The position numbers and the translations under genes were made by a program. This document shows, piece by piece, positions 1 through 9,158 of a stretch of 64,000 nucleotides of DNA. Each line of letters begins with the position of its first letter. The first letter of the stretch is position 1. The stretch comes from an uncultured virus (IMG/VR IMGVR_UViG_3300010353_000982) (taxonomy: Duplodnaviria; Heunggongvirae; Uroviricota; Caudoviricetes), in IMG/VR virus record IMGVR_UViG_3300010353_000982, one strand, 5' to 3'. The notes beneath the pieces were generated by a model. That model saw only the letters and a list, made by a program, of their open reading frames with translations, ran no database searches and had not been told where the DNA came from.

Positions 1-26
1 AAAGGCCGCATGGAGGAGTGATTGAA

Positions 27-188
27 ATGGCAAAACCAATAGAATTTGAATTACATCTACATGGTGAAGATGCTCGGGCATTTCAGGAATATATGGATAG
101 CCCTGCAGACAAATCCTCTCCAGAAGCACGCGATATTATGAGGGAAGCGGTTGGACTTTCGAAACGTCTTGACCGTATTCTCTTATGA
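27..188 (+). CDS. Small 53-aa protein (MAKPIEFELHLHGEDARAFQEYMDSP...), possibly antitoxin-like
   Basis: ORF translated by hand, GGAGGAG RBS upstream; from memory resembles small methanogen proteins beside GNAT toxins (unverified). Confidence 0.55.
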   Translation: MAKPIEFELHLHGEDARAFQEYMDSPADKSSPEARDIMREAVGLSKRLDRILL

Positions 189-231
189 AAATACCTTTTT
201 CTGAGTTAAAATTTAAAATTCTTGATGTACC

Positions 232-450
232 ATGAAAGTCTATTGCCAATGGGTTGACAAAATTGTCGACGAAAAAGAGGTATCGCAGAAATACTGTATG
301 CCTCATGTGAGGGACAGAATGCCCCCAGGCGTCGACGGTATCGTCAGTTGCGAGCGATGCGGAAAAAGCCCCCAGTTACGGCTTGCTTCCGAAAAGATTG
401 AGAAGAAAAAAGATGAACTTCTTGGTCAATTACGGGAGTCTGATCAGTAA
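232..450 (+). CDS. Hypothetical Cys-containing (Zn-ribbon-like) protein
   Basis: ORF track; CxxC motif; stop overlaps next start (TAATG). Confidence 0.6.
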   Translation: MKVYCQWVDKIVDEKEVSQKYCMPHVRDRMPPGVDGIVSCERCGKSPQLRLASEKIEKKKDELLGQLRESDQ

Positions 451-863
451 TGATTACCGATGAATGGGCGACAAAATTTGCGCGTATTATCGCCGACCAT
501 ATTCTTCCAGAGAGAGGATATATTGGTCTGTGTCGAGATGTGAGTTATCTGACTGGTGAAGTAAAGGGCGAGCCATGCATAGGCCCGAAGACAAATTATT
601 ATCGCATACCATATGTGCGCGATGATGATTTTTACTCCGTGAAAAAGGGCAGAGTTTATATTCTTTGCAATAGCAGAGACCTTTATTTTACTTCAGTCGG
701 TAAAAAGCCATGGAAAAACATTGAATATATGTTTATTTCCGATACCGCCGACAGGCCAGTTGCGAAGTGCTATCAGCGAATATGGAACTGTCCTGTTACC
801 ATGTTTAATGGTGATACGGCGTTATTTGTTGAAGGAGATTTGGAAATCACTCTTGATTTCTAA
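450..863 (+). CDS. Hypothetical protein
   Basis: ORF track; translationally coupled to upstream ORF. Confidence 0.65.
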   Translation: MITDEWATKFARIIADHILPERGYIGLCRDVSYLTGEVKGEPCIGPKTNYYRIPYVRDDDFYSVKKGRVYILCNSRDLYFTSVGKKPWKNIEYMFISDTADRPVAKCYQRIWNCPVTMFNGDTALFVEGDLEITLDF

Positions 864-945
864 TTTTTCCCGTTAAGCCTATCGGTAAACAGTGATACCT
901 ATATAAAGGTATCAGTGATAACCGTTAGGCGCGGAGAAAAAAATG
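864..945 (+). promoter_or_regulatory. Intergenic long hairpin overlapping RBS (family B, copy 1)
   Basis: TTTTTCCCGTTAAGCCTA...TAGGCGCGGAGAAAAAAATG with inner TGATACCT/AGGTATCA stem. Confidence 0.6.
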
Positions 946-1188
946 GCACTATCAGACATTCCAACCGAAGAACTGCGTAACGAATTACTTCGCCGCAAGT
1001 CGTTCATAGTGGGTGACGTAAAACTTTACCTCGGATTTGATAAAAATGATGTGGTTCTCAAGAGTGAAAAGAACCAGTTTACACAAATCGAGATTCGGTT
1101 TTGCGCCTATTCACAGCGAGAAAAGCCCGTTGCAATTTACGGGACAAAGAACACACACTTTGAATGGTTTGATGACGTTTACGGGTGA
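943..1188 (+). CDS. Hypothetical protein
   Basis: ORF track, GGAG RBS. Confidence 0.65.
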   Translation: MALSDIPTEELRNELLRRKSFIVGDVKLYLGFDKNDVVLKSEKNQFTQIEIRFCAYSQREKPVAIYGTKNTHFEWFDDVYG

Positions 1189-1191
1189 GGT

Positions 1192-2850
1192 ATGAAACAG
1201 CGCACGATAAGAGTTTCTTTGTCTGGTGATAAGTTCTATGACCATCTTGCTATTGTAAAATCGTGCGATGGAAGGGCATATGATAAAGGCTCGAAGCAGT
1301 GGGTTATTCCTCTTACCGAGGATAATGTTCAAAGGTTGTCCCTCATTCCATCTCTGACTGAACAGTTGGAAGTGGAAATGCAGCGGATGAAATTAGAGGA
1401 AAGCCAACTGACAAAAGATGCCCTAAAACTGAAAGAAGAGTATCCATTTCTTTTCGATTATCAGGCAATTGGTTCTTATTATGCATTAAATAAGAAATTC
1501 TTCCTGATAGCCGATGAGATGGGACTTGGAAAGACAGTTCAGTCGATGCCCCTCATTGACAAGTATATGAAAGAGGACAGGCTAGTTATCATATTGGCCC
1601 CCAAGACCCTCTTACCTCAATGGCGAGATGAAATAAAACGATTCATCGGATACAAATCTGTCATTGTGGATGGAACGAGTCGAAAAATTCAGAGATTAAC
1701 GACATATAATTCGAACATGATTATCTTATCGACATATGAATCCTTTGCAATCGATGTAAAGAGCATTGCGATAGACTGGTCGAATGTTGTCGTGATTGCT
1801 GATGAAGCATCAAAATTCAAGAATACCGCGACACAAATCTGGCGCGCATTGAATTTTATTCGTCCTCGTGTTCACTCGTTTATTGCGATGACTGGAACGC
1901 CTATAGAAAATTCTCTGCATAACTTCTTTAATATCATCACGATTATCAATCCAGAATTTATGACGGAACGGGAGTTCAGGAATAATTATTGTATCTGGGA
2001 ATCCAATGGCTATGGCTCCAGGATCGTCGGATACAAGTCGCTTGGCGCATTTTTGAAACGTGTATCTGGCATTATGATACGACGTAGGAAAAGCGATGTC
2101 ACGGAATTGCCCGAAAAGGTTGTTCAGAATCGTGTTATCGACTTGAGCCCATCGCAGAAAAGACTTATAAGTGGTATCCGATCTTACGCCGAAGCAAATT
2201 GGGGAACTGAAAATGCAATGCAGGCAATGATGCTTCTTCGTGAAGTAGTTGACTGCCCGCAGTTATTTTACAGTTCATCTTCACCACTCATTAAATCACT
2301 CAAAATGGGTAAGTATGTTCCGACTGATGTCGGTGGAGATCTCGGTGGAAAATTGCCTGAAGTTCTCGGTGTCATAGATGAACTTGGTGAGAATAAGGTA
2401 ATTATCTTTACCCAGTTCAAAACCATGGCGAGGATTATTCGTGATTATATGCTGGAGCATAATTATCGTAAGCCTCTGCTCCTGACTGGCGATAACAGTC
2501 AAGAAGAACGGATGCGTGGTATCGAGGAGTTCAAGGAAGGGAAATATCAGGTAATGATAGCGACAGAGATTTTTAGTTATGGTATGAATCTCCAGTTCGC
2601 CGATATCCTGATTAATTATGATATTCCATGGAACCCTGCTCGACTGAATCAGAGGATTGACCGTATCCACCGTATCGGAGCAACACGAGGCAAGATAATT
2701 ATCAATTTGATTGCAGAAGACATTGAAGAAAAAGTTTACGACGTAGTTAGGTCGAAGCAGGATCTGTTTGACAAGGTTGTTAACGGAGAAGCAATCGACG
2801 ATGACTCCGTAAGAAAAGAGATTCTTCAGAAACTTATTGGAGAAGATTAG
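1192..2850 (+). CDS. SNF2-family (SF2) helicase/ATPase
   Basis: ADEMGLGKT motif I, DEAS motif II, TGTPIEN motif III, WNP...QRIDRIHRIG motif VI. Confidence 0.93.
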   Translation: MKQRTIRVSLSGDKFYDHLAIVKSCDGRAYDKGSKQWVIPLTEDNVQRLSLIPSLTEQLEVEMQRMKLEESQLTKDALKLKEEYPFLFDYQAIGSYYALNKKFFLIADEMGLGKTVQSMPLIDKYMKEDRLVIILAPKTLLPQWRDEIKRFIGYKSVIVDGTSRKIQRLTTYNSNMIILSTYESFAIDVKSIAIDWSNVVVIADEASKFKNTATQIWRALNFIRPRVHSFIAMTGTPIENSLHNFFNIITIINPEFMTEREFRNNYCIWESNGYGSRIVGYKSLGAFLKRVSGIMIRRRKSDVTELPEKVVQNRVIDLSPSQKRLISGIRSYAEANWGTENAMQAMMLLREVVDCPQLFYSSSSPLIKSLKMGKYVPTDVGGDLGGKLPEVLGVIDELGENKVIIFTQFKTMARIIRDYMLEHNYRKPLLLTGDNSQEERMRGIEEFKEGKYQVMIATEIFSYGMNLQFADILINYDIPWNPARLNQRIDRIHRIGATRGKIIINLIAEDIEEKVYDVVRSKQDLFDKVVNGEAIDDDSVRKEILQKLIGED

Positions 2851-2855
2851 AGAAT

Positions 2856-3116
2856 ATGATTCAGGCTAGAATTGATTCTCGAAATGAGACCATTCTTTAT
2901 CAGGAGAATGACCATATGAAACCTGGAAATGGTCTTCAGTTTGTAAGGTTTGGCAGAAAAGAACCCTATGATATGGCGGAATTCCATCCGCAAGGGGTAT
3001 TTTTTATGCCACGAGTAAAGCCGATTTCATGGATTTGTCTATCAGTAGACGAATTTCTTGAAAACATGGAGGATATTTGCCGTAAGGAGAAGGGTTTTTT
3101 TGATCCTCCAGTATGA
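2856..3116 (+). CDS. Hypothetical protein
   Basis: ORF track, operon position. Confidence 0.6.
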   Translation: MIQARIDSRNETILYQENDHMKPGNGLQFVRFGRKEPYDMAEFHPQGVFFMPRVKPISWICLSVDEFLENMEDICRKEKGFFDPPV

Positions 3117-3119
3117 CTA

Positions 3120-3181
3120 TTTTTTCCCATAAAGCCTAATCGTGATTAGTCCTAATCGTGATTAGGCGTGGAGAAGAAATG
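3120..3181 (+). promoter_or_regulatory. Intergenic hairpin overlapping RBS (family B, copy 2) with tandem palindrome CCTAATCGTGATTAG x2
   Basis: TTTTTCCCATAAAGCCTA...TAGGCGTGGAGAAGAAATG, same flanks as 864-945. Confidence 0.6.
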
Positions 3182-3316
3182 GAAATGACATCAATGAGTC
3201 CAGATATTGTAAAGATGGTGAGCGCAATCATCGAGGTAATCGAGGACAATCATGGTTATACCGTTGATGAAATCGATTACGAGGATGGTTCGCTTACTAT
3301 CTCATTCAGCGATTGA
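3179..3316 (+). CDS. Small acidic protein, 45 aa
   Basis: Hand-translated MEMTSMSPDIVKMVSAIIEV...; GGAG RBS. Confidence 0.55.
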   Translation: MEMTSMSPDIVKMVSAIIEVIEDNHGYTVDEIDYEDGSLTISFSD

Positions 3317-3324
3317 GGAAAAAT

Positions 3325-3678
3325 ATGTCCGAAACAATCGTAATTAGCACGGAGTTGATGAACAGAATAAGGAAACTATATTTTCGTATAGTTCCAGAAC
3401 CTGTTTTAAGACAACATCCGTATGTGTCATATGATGAAATGATTTCATTGGTTTTTGAGCACTTGCAATATCAGGAAAACGCGCGCATTGCATATCTCGA
3501 TGCGTTGCAGGCGGAGGTTGAATCTTACCTCGATAACCCATGTCATCATGATGTCTGTATGACGTCTGGATTACTAAATTCAGCACAGAAAATGCTCGTA
3601 GTTCGAATAAAAAAAGATTTATTTGGAGACAGAAATGCAGTATCCAAATCTGAAAGTCAGATACCGTCGAATAAATGA
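3325..3678 (+). CDS. Hypothetical protein
   Basis: ORF track (start moved to ATG after GAGG). Confidence 0.6.
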   Translation: MSETIVISTELMNRIRKLYFRIVPEPVLRQHPYVSYDEMISLVFEHLQYQENARIAYLDALQAEVESYLDNPCHHDVCMTSGLLNSAQKMLVVRIKKDLFGDRNAVSKSESQIPSNK

Positions 3679-3907
3679 AGATGATCAGGTAAAACTCGAC
3701 TCGATTGTTGACCTGAAGCAGCAGGGAGCGGATGTTCTTTACGTTATCCGCTTCTTCAAATCGACGAAAAAGTATTACCTTGCGAAAACACATTGGAAAC
3801 CCGACGTAAAGAAATTTGTCGTCGATATGTCCAAGGGAGATTATATTCTGTTTCATTCAAATCTTGATATTCTGAAGCAGAATATTCCACTGGAAGGTGT
3901 GTTTTGA
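3623..3907 (+). CDS. Hypothetical protein
   Basis: ORF track; true start may be ATG a few codons in. Confidence 0.55.
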   Translation: METEMQYPNLKVRYRRINEDDQVKLDSIVDLKQQGADVLYVIRFFKSTKKYYLAKTHWKPDVKKFVVDMSKGDYILFHSNLDILKQNIPLEGVF

Positions 3908-4320
3908 AGTTTCTGAATATGACCCAGCATGTCATACGGCTGATTACCGAGGACGATAAAGTTATTCGACTTCAGCCGTGTGGCACGGTTGTAAGAGTTA
4001 TTCCGAAATTCAAACCTGCAGAACTTGGTGTTATCAAAGGCATTCCAGTTATTCAGACATCATTTCATACCGACGAGGGTGAATTAAGCATAACTGGCCT
4101 CGATGTAAACAATCTTGATAAGGATATAATTTACATCGTATCCACAATTGCCGCGCAGGTAATAAGAAAGCCCAATGTGGTTTCGCCTGCTACCATCGAT
4201 GAATGGGTTGTCAGATATACAGACAATCACGAAGAGGCAGAGAAATCTCCCTTCAGAATTTACTGGCCCCAATGTTTCGGTCAGGTTTATGGAGTGCGCG
4301 CACTCCAGTCATTCAAGTGA
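3904..4320 (+). CDS. Conserved viral hypothetical protein (N-terminal NxTxH family)
   Basis: MKFLNMTQHVI...PCGTVVRV and YIVS motifs recall a widespread small phage family. Confidence 0.65.
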   Translation: MKFLNMTQHVIRLITEDDKVIRLQPCGTVVRVIPKFKPAELGVIKGIPVIQTSFHTDEGELSITGLDVNNLDKDIIYIVSTIAAQVIRKPNVVSPATIDEWVVRYTDNHEEAEKSPFRIYWPQCFGQVYGVRALQSFK

Positions 4321-4330
4321 GGTAAAGAAA

Positions 4331-4528
4331 ATGATTGAGATGAAATATCCGATTCCCGAGGAAATGTTCAATATTCCGTCGCATTCTACTAACAGGGCAT
4401 TCTTTATAAGAATCAGTCGTGTTGATAATGAGACGATGAAACTTGAACTTCTCGAAAACAGAAAAGACAGGAATTTGAATACTATCTACGAATCGACGTG
4501 GAAAGAAAAACTCGTAAAGGTGGATTGA
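4331..4528 (+). CDS. Hypothetical protein
   Basis: GAGGT RBS, ATG 4331, coupled to next gene. Confidence 0.55.
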   Translation: MIEMKYPIPEEMFNIPSHSTNRAFFIRISRVDNETMKLELLENRKDRNLNTIYESTWKEKLVKVD

Positions 4529-4992
4529 TGGGTAGAATAGATCCCGATGATTATGTATTTTATTGCATTGCGTCGTTGATATTAATAATGTTCGCGGCGG
4601 CGTATGTAATTGATACGTCGGAACTTCCGACTGTCTATGGCTTTGGTGACGATCCCCAAGGTGCTTTAGATGCAGCATGGTCAATACGTTCCGAACCTAT
4701 CGAGCATCTTATTATTGTCGACGATGAAACTGGAGAAATTCTTGCACAATTCGTCGGTAATGAGTCGTCAGCATCGGTTCCAGGAGAATACCTTTATTTA
4801 GTAGAAGGAGCAATTGTTATACATAATCATCCGCCACCATGGGGAGCCGCACGATTTTCTGATGCAGATCTGGAGTTCCTTAATTCTACCAAATGTGATG
4901 AACTTTGGGTTGCGACAGAAAAATCATGCACTTCCATCGACTCGGATGGTTATATCGAGAGACAATATTGGAGTTCGTTAGGATATGGATGA
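4528..4992 (+). CDS. Membrane-anchored JAB/MPN-like metalloenzyme domain protein
   Basis: N-terminal TM helix; E...HNHP...FSDADL JAB-type motif. Confidence 0.65.
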   Translation: MGRIDPDDYVFYCIASLILIMFAAAYVIDTSELPTVYGFGDDPQGALDAAWSIRSEPIEHLIIVDDETGEILAQFVGNESSASVPGEYLYLVEGAIVIHNHPPPWGAARFSDADLEFLNSTKCDELWVATEKSCTSIDSDGYIERQYWSSLGYG

Positions 4993-5413
4993 TAGAATCA
5001 GCGCATACAAAACACTTCTTTTTCTCGAAAAGAGAAACGAGGATGGGGAGTGTGTTGATCATCAGTGTCATGAGGAATGTCTCAAGGCACTGCATGGTGT
5101 TATAGCCGCTGGTGAATTAAAACATTCTCAAAGCGATCTGAAGAATTTCGATGGCTTGGTCTGGATAGAATTTATCGGCGAGCGGATGAGATATGGGAAC
5201 AAAAAAATGATGCAGTATAAGGAAGATATGGAAAAAGGACTTCCAGTCGTATCTGCATATAATTTCTGGCTTGCTTACACACAGTTCTATACCATTCTCT
5301 TTGATGAATTGGGCGATATGTTATGCCACGATTACAATTCTATTCCAAGAGAAGCGGCCAATGGACTAGAACAAGCCTTTAAAGACCTTATTGAGTTCTC
5401 TCATAAGCAGTAA
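4985..5413 (+). CDS. Hypothetical protein
   Basis: ORF track. Confidence 0.6.
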   Translation: MDDRISAYKTLLFLEKRNEDGECVDHQCHEECLKALHGVIAAGELKHSQSDLKNFDGLVWIEFIGERMRYGNKKMMQYKEDMEKGLPVVSAYNFWLAYTQFYTILFDELGDMLCHDYNSIPREAANGLEQAFKDLIEFSHKQ

Positions 5414-5446
5414 ATTATATATACTTTTAATCATATATATGTATAT

Positions 5447-5719
5447 ATGGTAAAAGCGGTTACGAAAACACAGGGAACCACTTTCCCTGACTTCTTTAAT
5501 TCAGTGCCCTTTGGTTCTGAAAATTCAGAGAGCGCTAGGTCTCTTTGGATAAAGAGTCGAATGAAAGTATCCTATGACACTTACAATCGTATCATTGGAA
5601 AACTTTGCCTTGTTGACGTGCATGGTGAACCTCTTATTCACCGTCGAAAGTCTGGGGTATCGTTTCTTTACTGGAGAGAACTAAAAGAATTTCCAGTCGA
5701 TGTGAGATATATCGAATGA
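5447..5719 (+). CDS. Hypothetical, possible winged-helix DNA-binding protein
   Basis: ORF track; AT-rich TATA-like upstream, likely leaderless. Confidence 0.55.
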   Translation: MVKAVTKTQGTTFPDFFNSVPFGSENSESARSLWIKSRMKVSYDTYNRIIGKLCLVDVHGEPLIHRRKSGVSFLYWRELKEFPVDVRYIE

Positions 5720-5904
5720 ATTACGATACGGCAAATGGAATAATCTTGATTGCACTGATGATTATTGCGTTGGTAGCATGGTCTTCTATCGTTCTACTGT
5801 TCCTGCTGTTTATCGTGTCATTACTGGCATGGTGGCAGTGGCTTGTAATTGGAATTCTTACGACAGCAGCAATTGCAATTATAAGTGCAAATCAGTGGAG
5901 GTAA
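5716..5904 (+). CDS. Small membrane protein
   Basis: Almost entirely hydrophobic 62 aa; ATGA overlap. Confidence 0.65.
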   Translation: MNYDTANGIILIALMIIALVAWSSIVLLFLLFIVSLLAWWQWLVIGILTTAAIAIISANQWR

Positions 5905-5908
5905 CAAA

Positions 5909-6508
5909 ATGTCAGACGTATCATTATCAGCAAAGAAAGAAACAGGGGTTCTTGAGACCAACAACACCCCAATGAAACTCGACGAGTCAAAACTCAATGA
6001 AGAACAGAAGAAAATGCTTGCAGAGTTCCGTAAAAAGAATGCGCGCAAGATTCCAGTAGACGTTATTGAGGGTTGGTTTGCCGAGATTGCAGAAATGGAC
6101 GAGGAAAAATTCCCAGCCTTCATGGAAAAACTGCTCAATGCAGACCATGATTACCATTCAACAACGGCGGCCTGCGTATGTCTGGCCCTCGCTACAACAA
6201 AGGCTTTCAACAGACGTCATATCTTTACGGAGAAAGATCAGGGGCTCAAGATTGCCAATGGTATTTATGCTTCGATGACTGGCATCGGAGATGACCCGTT
6301 CCGAGTCTATGAGTTCTATTCTATTCTCGATCCGAACTGCGACGGACAGATTGTATCAATTCCACCGCAGATTTTTGCCGTGCTTCGGACAAAGGCAAGT
6401 CAACTTCTCAAAGAACAGCCCGATGCTCCCGATGCGCTCAAGAAGCGCTGGAAGCAGGTGGCCAATGGGAAGTTGCCCGAACCATGGGTAGTAAGAGAAT
6501 CCAATTAA
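5909..6508 (+). CDS. Hypothetical protein
   Basis: GGAGGT RBS before ATG 5909. Confidence 0.7.
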   Translation: MSDVSLSAKKETGVLETNNTPMKLDESKLNEEQKKMLAEFRKKNARKIPVDVIEGWFAEIAEMDEEKFPAFMEKLLNADHDYHSTTAACVCLALATTKAFNRRHIFTEKDQGLKIANGIYASMTGIGDDPFRVYEFYSILDPNCDGQIVSIPPQIFAVLRTKASQLLKEQPDAPDALKKRWKQVANGKLPEPWVVRESN

Positions 6509-6569
6509 ACCCCTTTTTATTCTCTTACCTTATTAATTAATTATCATAGAGAGCAATATTATAGCGGGG

Positions 6570-7208
6570 ATGATCGAGATGGACTGGAAGAAACTGGCTA
6601 TAATGTTTCTATTCATTATTTTTCTGCAATGTGGTCTTTATTTTGGCCTTGGATATTATCATTATACTCATAAAGTTACTGTAGTTGAGAACAAAACTGG
6701 CAAGTCTACAGAACACATCAAGATCTACGATGTAATGGTTTTAGAAAAGTCTGACGAAGAGCGTGTAAGGCGCGCGCTAATGCTTGCTCCTAATGCATAT
6801 GGATTTAATTTCATCGAGCCAAACGAATCTCGTTATTACCTAGACACCAATGGAGTCCCATTTCCCAATGAGAATGAGACATTTATGGTAATTGTGGCAC
6901 ATGAGGAAAATTATCCTAATGCCGATTGCGCTGGTTATACGATGTATAATTCGGAGCGTGTAGTCGTCCTGGTGAAAGAATCTTATCCAGACATGATTAT
7001 TATGAACATAATTGTGCATGAATGCACTCATAATTTAGAGGGCGATGAGAATACCATTGATAAACTTTACATCTATGAGTCCGAGGTTAATTACTGGGGC
7101 ACGCAGCAGTGGTATTTTACCGACAGGGAATTGTCAGGTAATGGTATGTCTGGGATGTTCAGCCTGATGGTAATCGATAATTACATGATTACCAATCCCA
7201 AATACTAA
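6570..7208 (+). CDS. Membrane-anchored zincin-like metalloprotease
   Basis: N-terminal TM segment; HExxH motif (VHECTH). Confidence 0.7.
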   Translation: MIEMDWKKLAIMFLFIIFLQCGLYFGLGYYHYTHKVTVVENKTGKSTEHIKIYDVMVLEKSDEERVRRALMLAPNAYGFNFIEPNESRYYLDTNGVPFPNENETFMVIVAHEENYPNADCAGYTMYNSERVVVLVKESYPDMIIMNIIVHECTHNLEGDENTIDKLYIYESEVNYWGTQQWYFTDRELSGNGMSGMFSLMVIDNYMITNPKY

Positions 7209-7295
7209 TTTCTCCTAATCTATGCTAATTTAGTAGTCGTTACCTCGTTTATTTTTATATTTTGAAATTAAATTACTATAAACAGGAGACGACAT

Positions 7296-8015
7296 ATGAA
7301 GAAATTTGCCATTATGGTTATTGCCCTTATGATGCTTGTTATAGGTTTTGCAATGGCAGACTCCAGTTATTCTATGCAGATGACTGGGATTTGTTCTGGC
7401 ACAGCAAAAATATCCGAGGATTCGGTTATGAAAACTTCGGAAGGACTGTTCTCTTCGAAGGTAAATACCTTTGATATGAATGGCATCAATGGTGCAACGC
7501 AGTATGCAAGAATCGTCGAGGGAAAAAGTTCTGGTTATGACAATTCGATAATGTCTTCTACCGCCGTAGCATATGACAATGGTGGCTTTGGTGGCAGGCT
7601 TATTGGTGGCGAAGGTGTTTATTCAATGATGTCTTCGCAGGGAGATTTTTTCTACGCCGCACCATTCAGTGAGCAGGCATCGTCAGAATTTACTGTTGAT
7701 CTGAACAGGGGAATGTTTGCTTCGGAAACTTCGATGTCCAGTGCAATTCAGCCGAACCTGACCAATGGGGTATCTCTTACCGCTATGATATCTGATGCAG
7801 ATGGTTCGATGAGAGCACGCTCTTCGATATCATCTATCGAGGGATATAACAAGTGCAGCGACAACTCGACAATTTCAATTCCGACGTCTGAATCGTCTTA
7901 TTCATCTCGCATAAGTATGAATGGACAGTTCTCCAATTCATTCAGTTTCAATTATGCATCTACCCATGGAAACATTACTTCAACATTTCCATCGACAAGG
8001 TTAGCACCTTGTTGA
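7296..8015 (+). CDS. Secreted Ser/Gly-rich protein
   Basis: MKK + hydrophobic signal peptide ending AMA; AGGAG RBS; T-run after stop. Confidence 0.7.
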   Translation: MKKFAIMVIALMMLVIGFAMADSSYSMQMTGICSGTAKISEDSVMKTSEGLFSSKVNTFDMNGINGATQYARIVEGKSSGYDNSIMSSTAVAYDNGGFGGRLIGGEGVYSMMSSQGDFFYAAPFSEQASSEFTVDLNRGMFASETSMSSAIQPNLTNGVSLTAMISDADGSMRARSSISSIEGYNKCSDNSTISIPTSESSYSSRISMNGQFSNSFSFNYASTHGNITSTFPSTRLAPC

Positions 8016-8041
8016 GGATAACTTTTTTTCTCAAAAAAGAA

Positions 8042-8461
8042 TTAACGGAATTTCCACGCCGCAATGAAATCTTCTGGATGCATTATTATGATTCCAGGAG
8101 ACGTCAGGTAAGGATCGACAACGACCTTCATAGGCAGAAATGGTATTGATTTTATATCTGCCGAGGCGATATTGTGATCACGGGCCACCTCCAAAATCTT
8201 ACGGAGGATGGAAAAGTAGGTGGCCGACAATTGTGTTTTGACAAGTTCTGGATCTTGAGCAAGCAATTCTCTGCTTAAGGAGAAATTGCGTTGGAATGTC
8301 AGATTCATTGAGAACTTCGGAAGATAATTCCATGCTGCAATGTTCGCATTGTCATATGGTATTATCTGCAGACTCTTTGCGAGTTCTGCATCCTTGGAAT
8401 TAATTGGATAATACTTTTCAACGATTATCTCTTTCATTTCTTCAGCGGTCAAAAGATGCAT
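8042..8461 (-). CDS. Hypothetical protein
   Basis: ORF track, coupled to thyA. Confidence 0.65.
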   Translation of the reverse strand: MHLLTAEEMKEIIVEKYYPINSKDAELAKSLQIIPYDNANIAAWNYLPKFSMNLTFQRNFSLSRELLAQDPELVKTQLSATYFSILRKILEVARDHNIASADIKSIPFLPMKVVVDPYLTSPGIIIMHPEDFIAAWKFR

Positions 8462-9156
8462 TAGTATTTCCTCCCACGCACTTCATTAAAAAAAGCATCG
8501 ACGTCATTTATCTCTGGCATGAATTTTGTCAATTCTGCAATGTCTCTCTTGAAGTAGACATGGGCACTGACAGAGGTATCAGAATACCATCCGACATGAA
8601 CGCCAAGGGTGCGCGCGACCATTTCCTGCATTCGTGTCAGGGCATACATATTTGGCCCCATGGCAGAAAGAATGTCGCGGCTCCTGAACTCGACGCTCAT
8701 ATTCAGTTTGCCACCACGGATGAGGAATTGGATGCGCTGAAGGCAAGGTGGTTCTTTGCTCCGCAGATCAATTTCAGGAACCCATGTGATTGCTTGCGCG
8801 CGCCTAGTCATAGGATTGCGCTTCAGAGCGACTAGAACCTCGTTCATCTGGTCGAGGACAAGATTATCGCGCATGAGTGGATAAGCGAAAAGTCTGTCGT
8901 GGTAAGTGTATACGAATTCCTTATCGCTTCCATTGAGCAAGTCACTGACGTATTGTTCCATGGCATTCTCTCGGAACATGCAAGAAGGAGAAATGCGTGG
9001 CTGTTCCAGGGGGTTAGGAATAAACACGTTGAGGGGCTCTTCGAGTTCAAGTGTTTCCTCGTTATCTTCAGTCTTCAGATACATGCCGCGCTTTACTACG
9101 CGCTCAACAGCCCTTCCATGGGCCGTACCAACTGAAAAGTCTCTTATGATTTGCAT
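8461..9156 (-). CDS. thyA: Archaeal-type thymidylate synthase
   Basis: YTYHDRL, RRA, catalytic PPCL, FRSRD...N, SAHVY motifs. Confidence 0.9.
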   Translation of the reverse strand: MQIIRDFSVGTAHGRAVERVVKRGMYLKTEDNEETLELEEPLNVFIPNPLEQPRISPSCMFRENAMEQYVSDLLNGSDKEFVYTYHDRLFAYPLMRDNLVLDQMNEVLVALKRNPMTRRAQAITWVPEIDLRSKEPPCLQRIQFLIRGGKLNMSVEFRSRDILSAMGPNMYALTRMQEMVARTLGVHVGWYSDTSVSAHVYFKRDIAELTKFMPEINDVDAFFNEVRGRKY

Positions 9157-9158
9157 AA

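Noticed and set aside
8461..9156. DNA hypermodification enzyme (dCMP/dUMP hydroxymethylase)
   Set aside because: Retains the dUMP-specifying Asn, accompanied by ordinary Dcd/Tmk, and no modification cluster is visible; dUMP hydroxymethylase not fully excluded.
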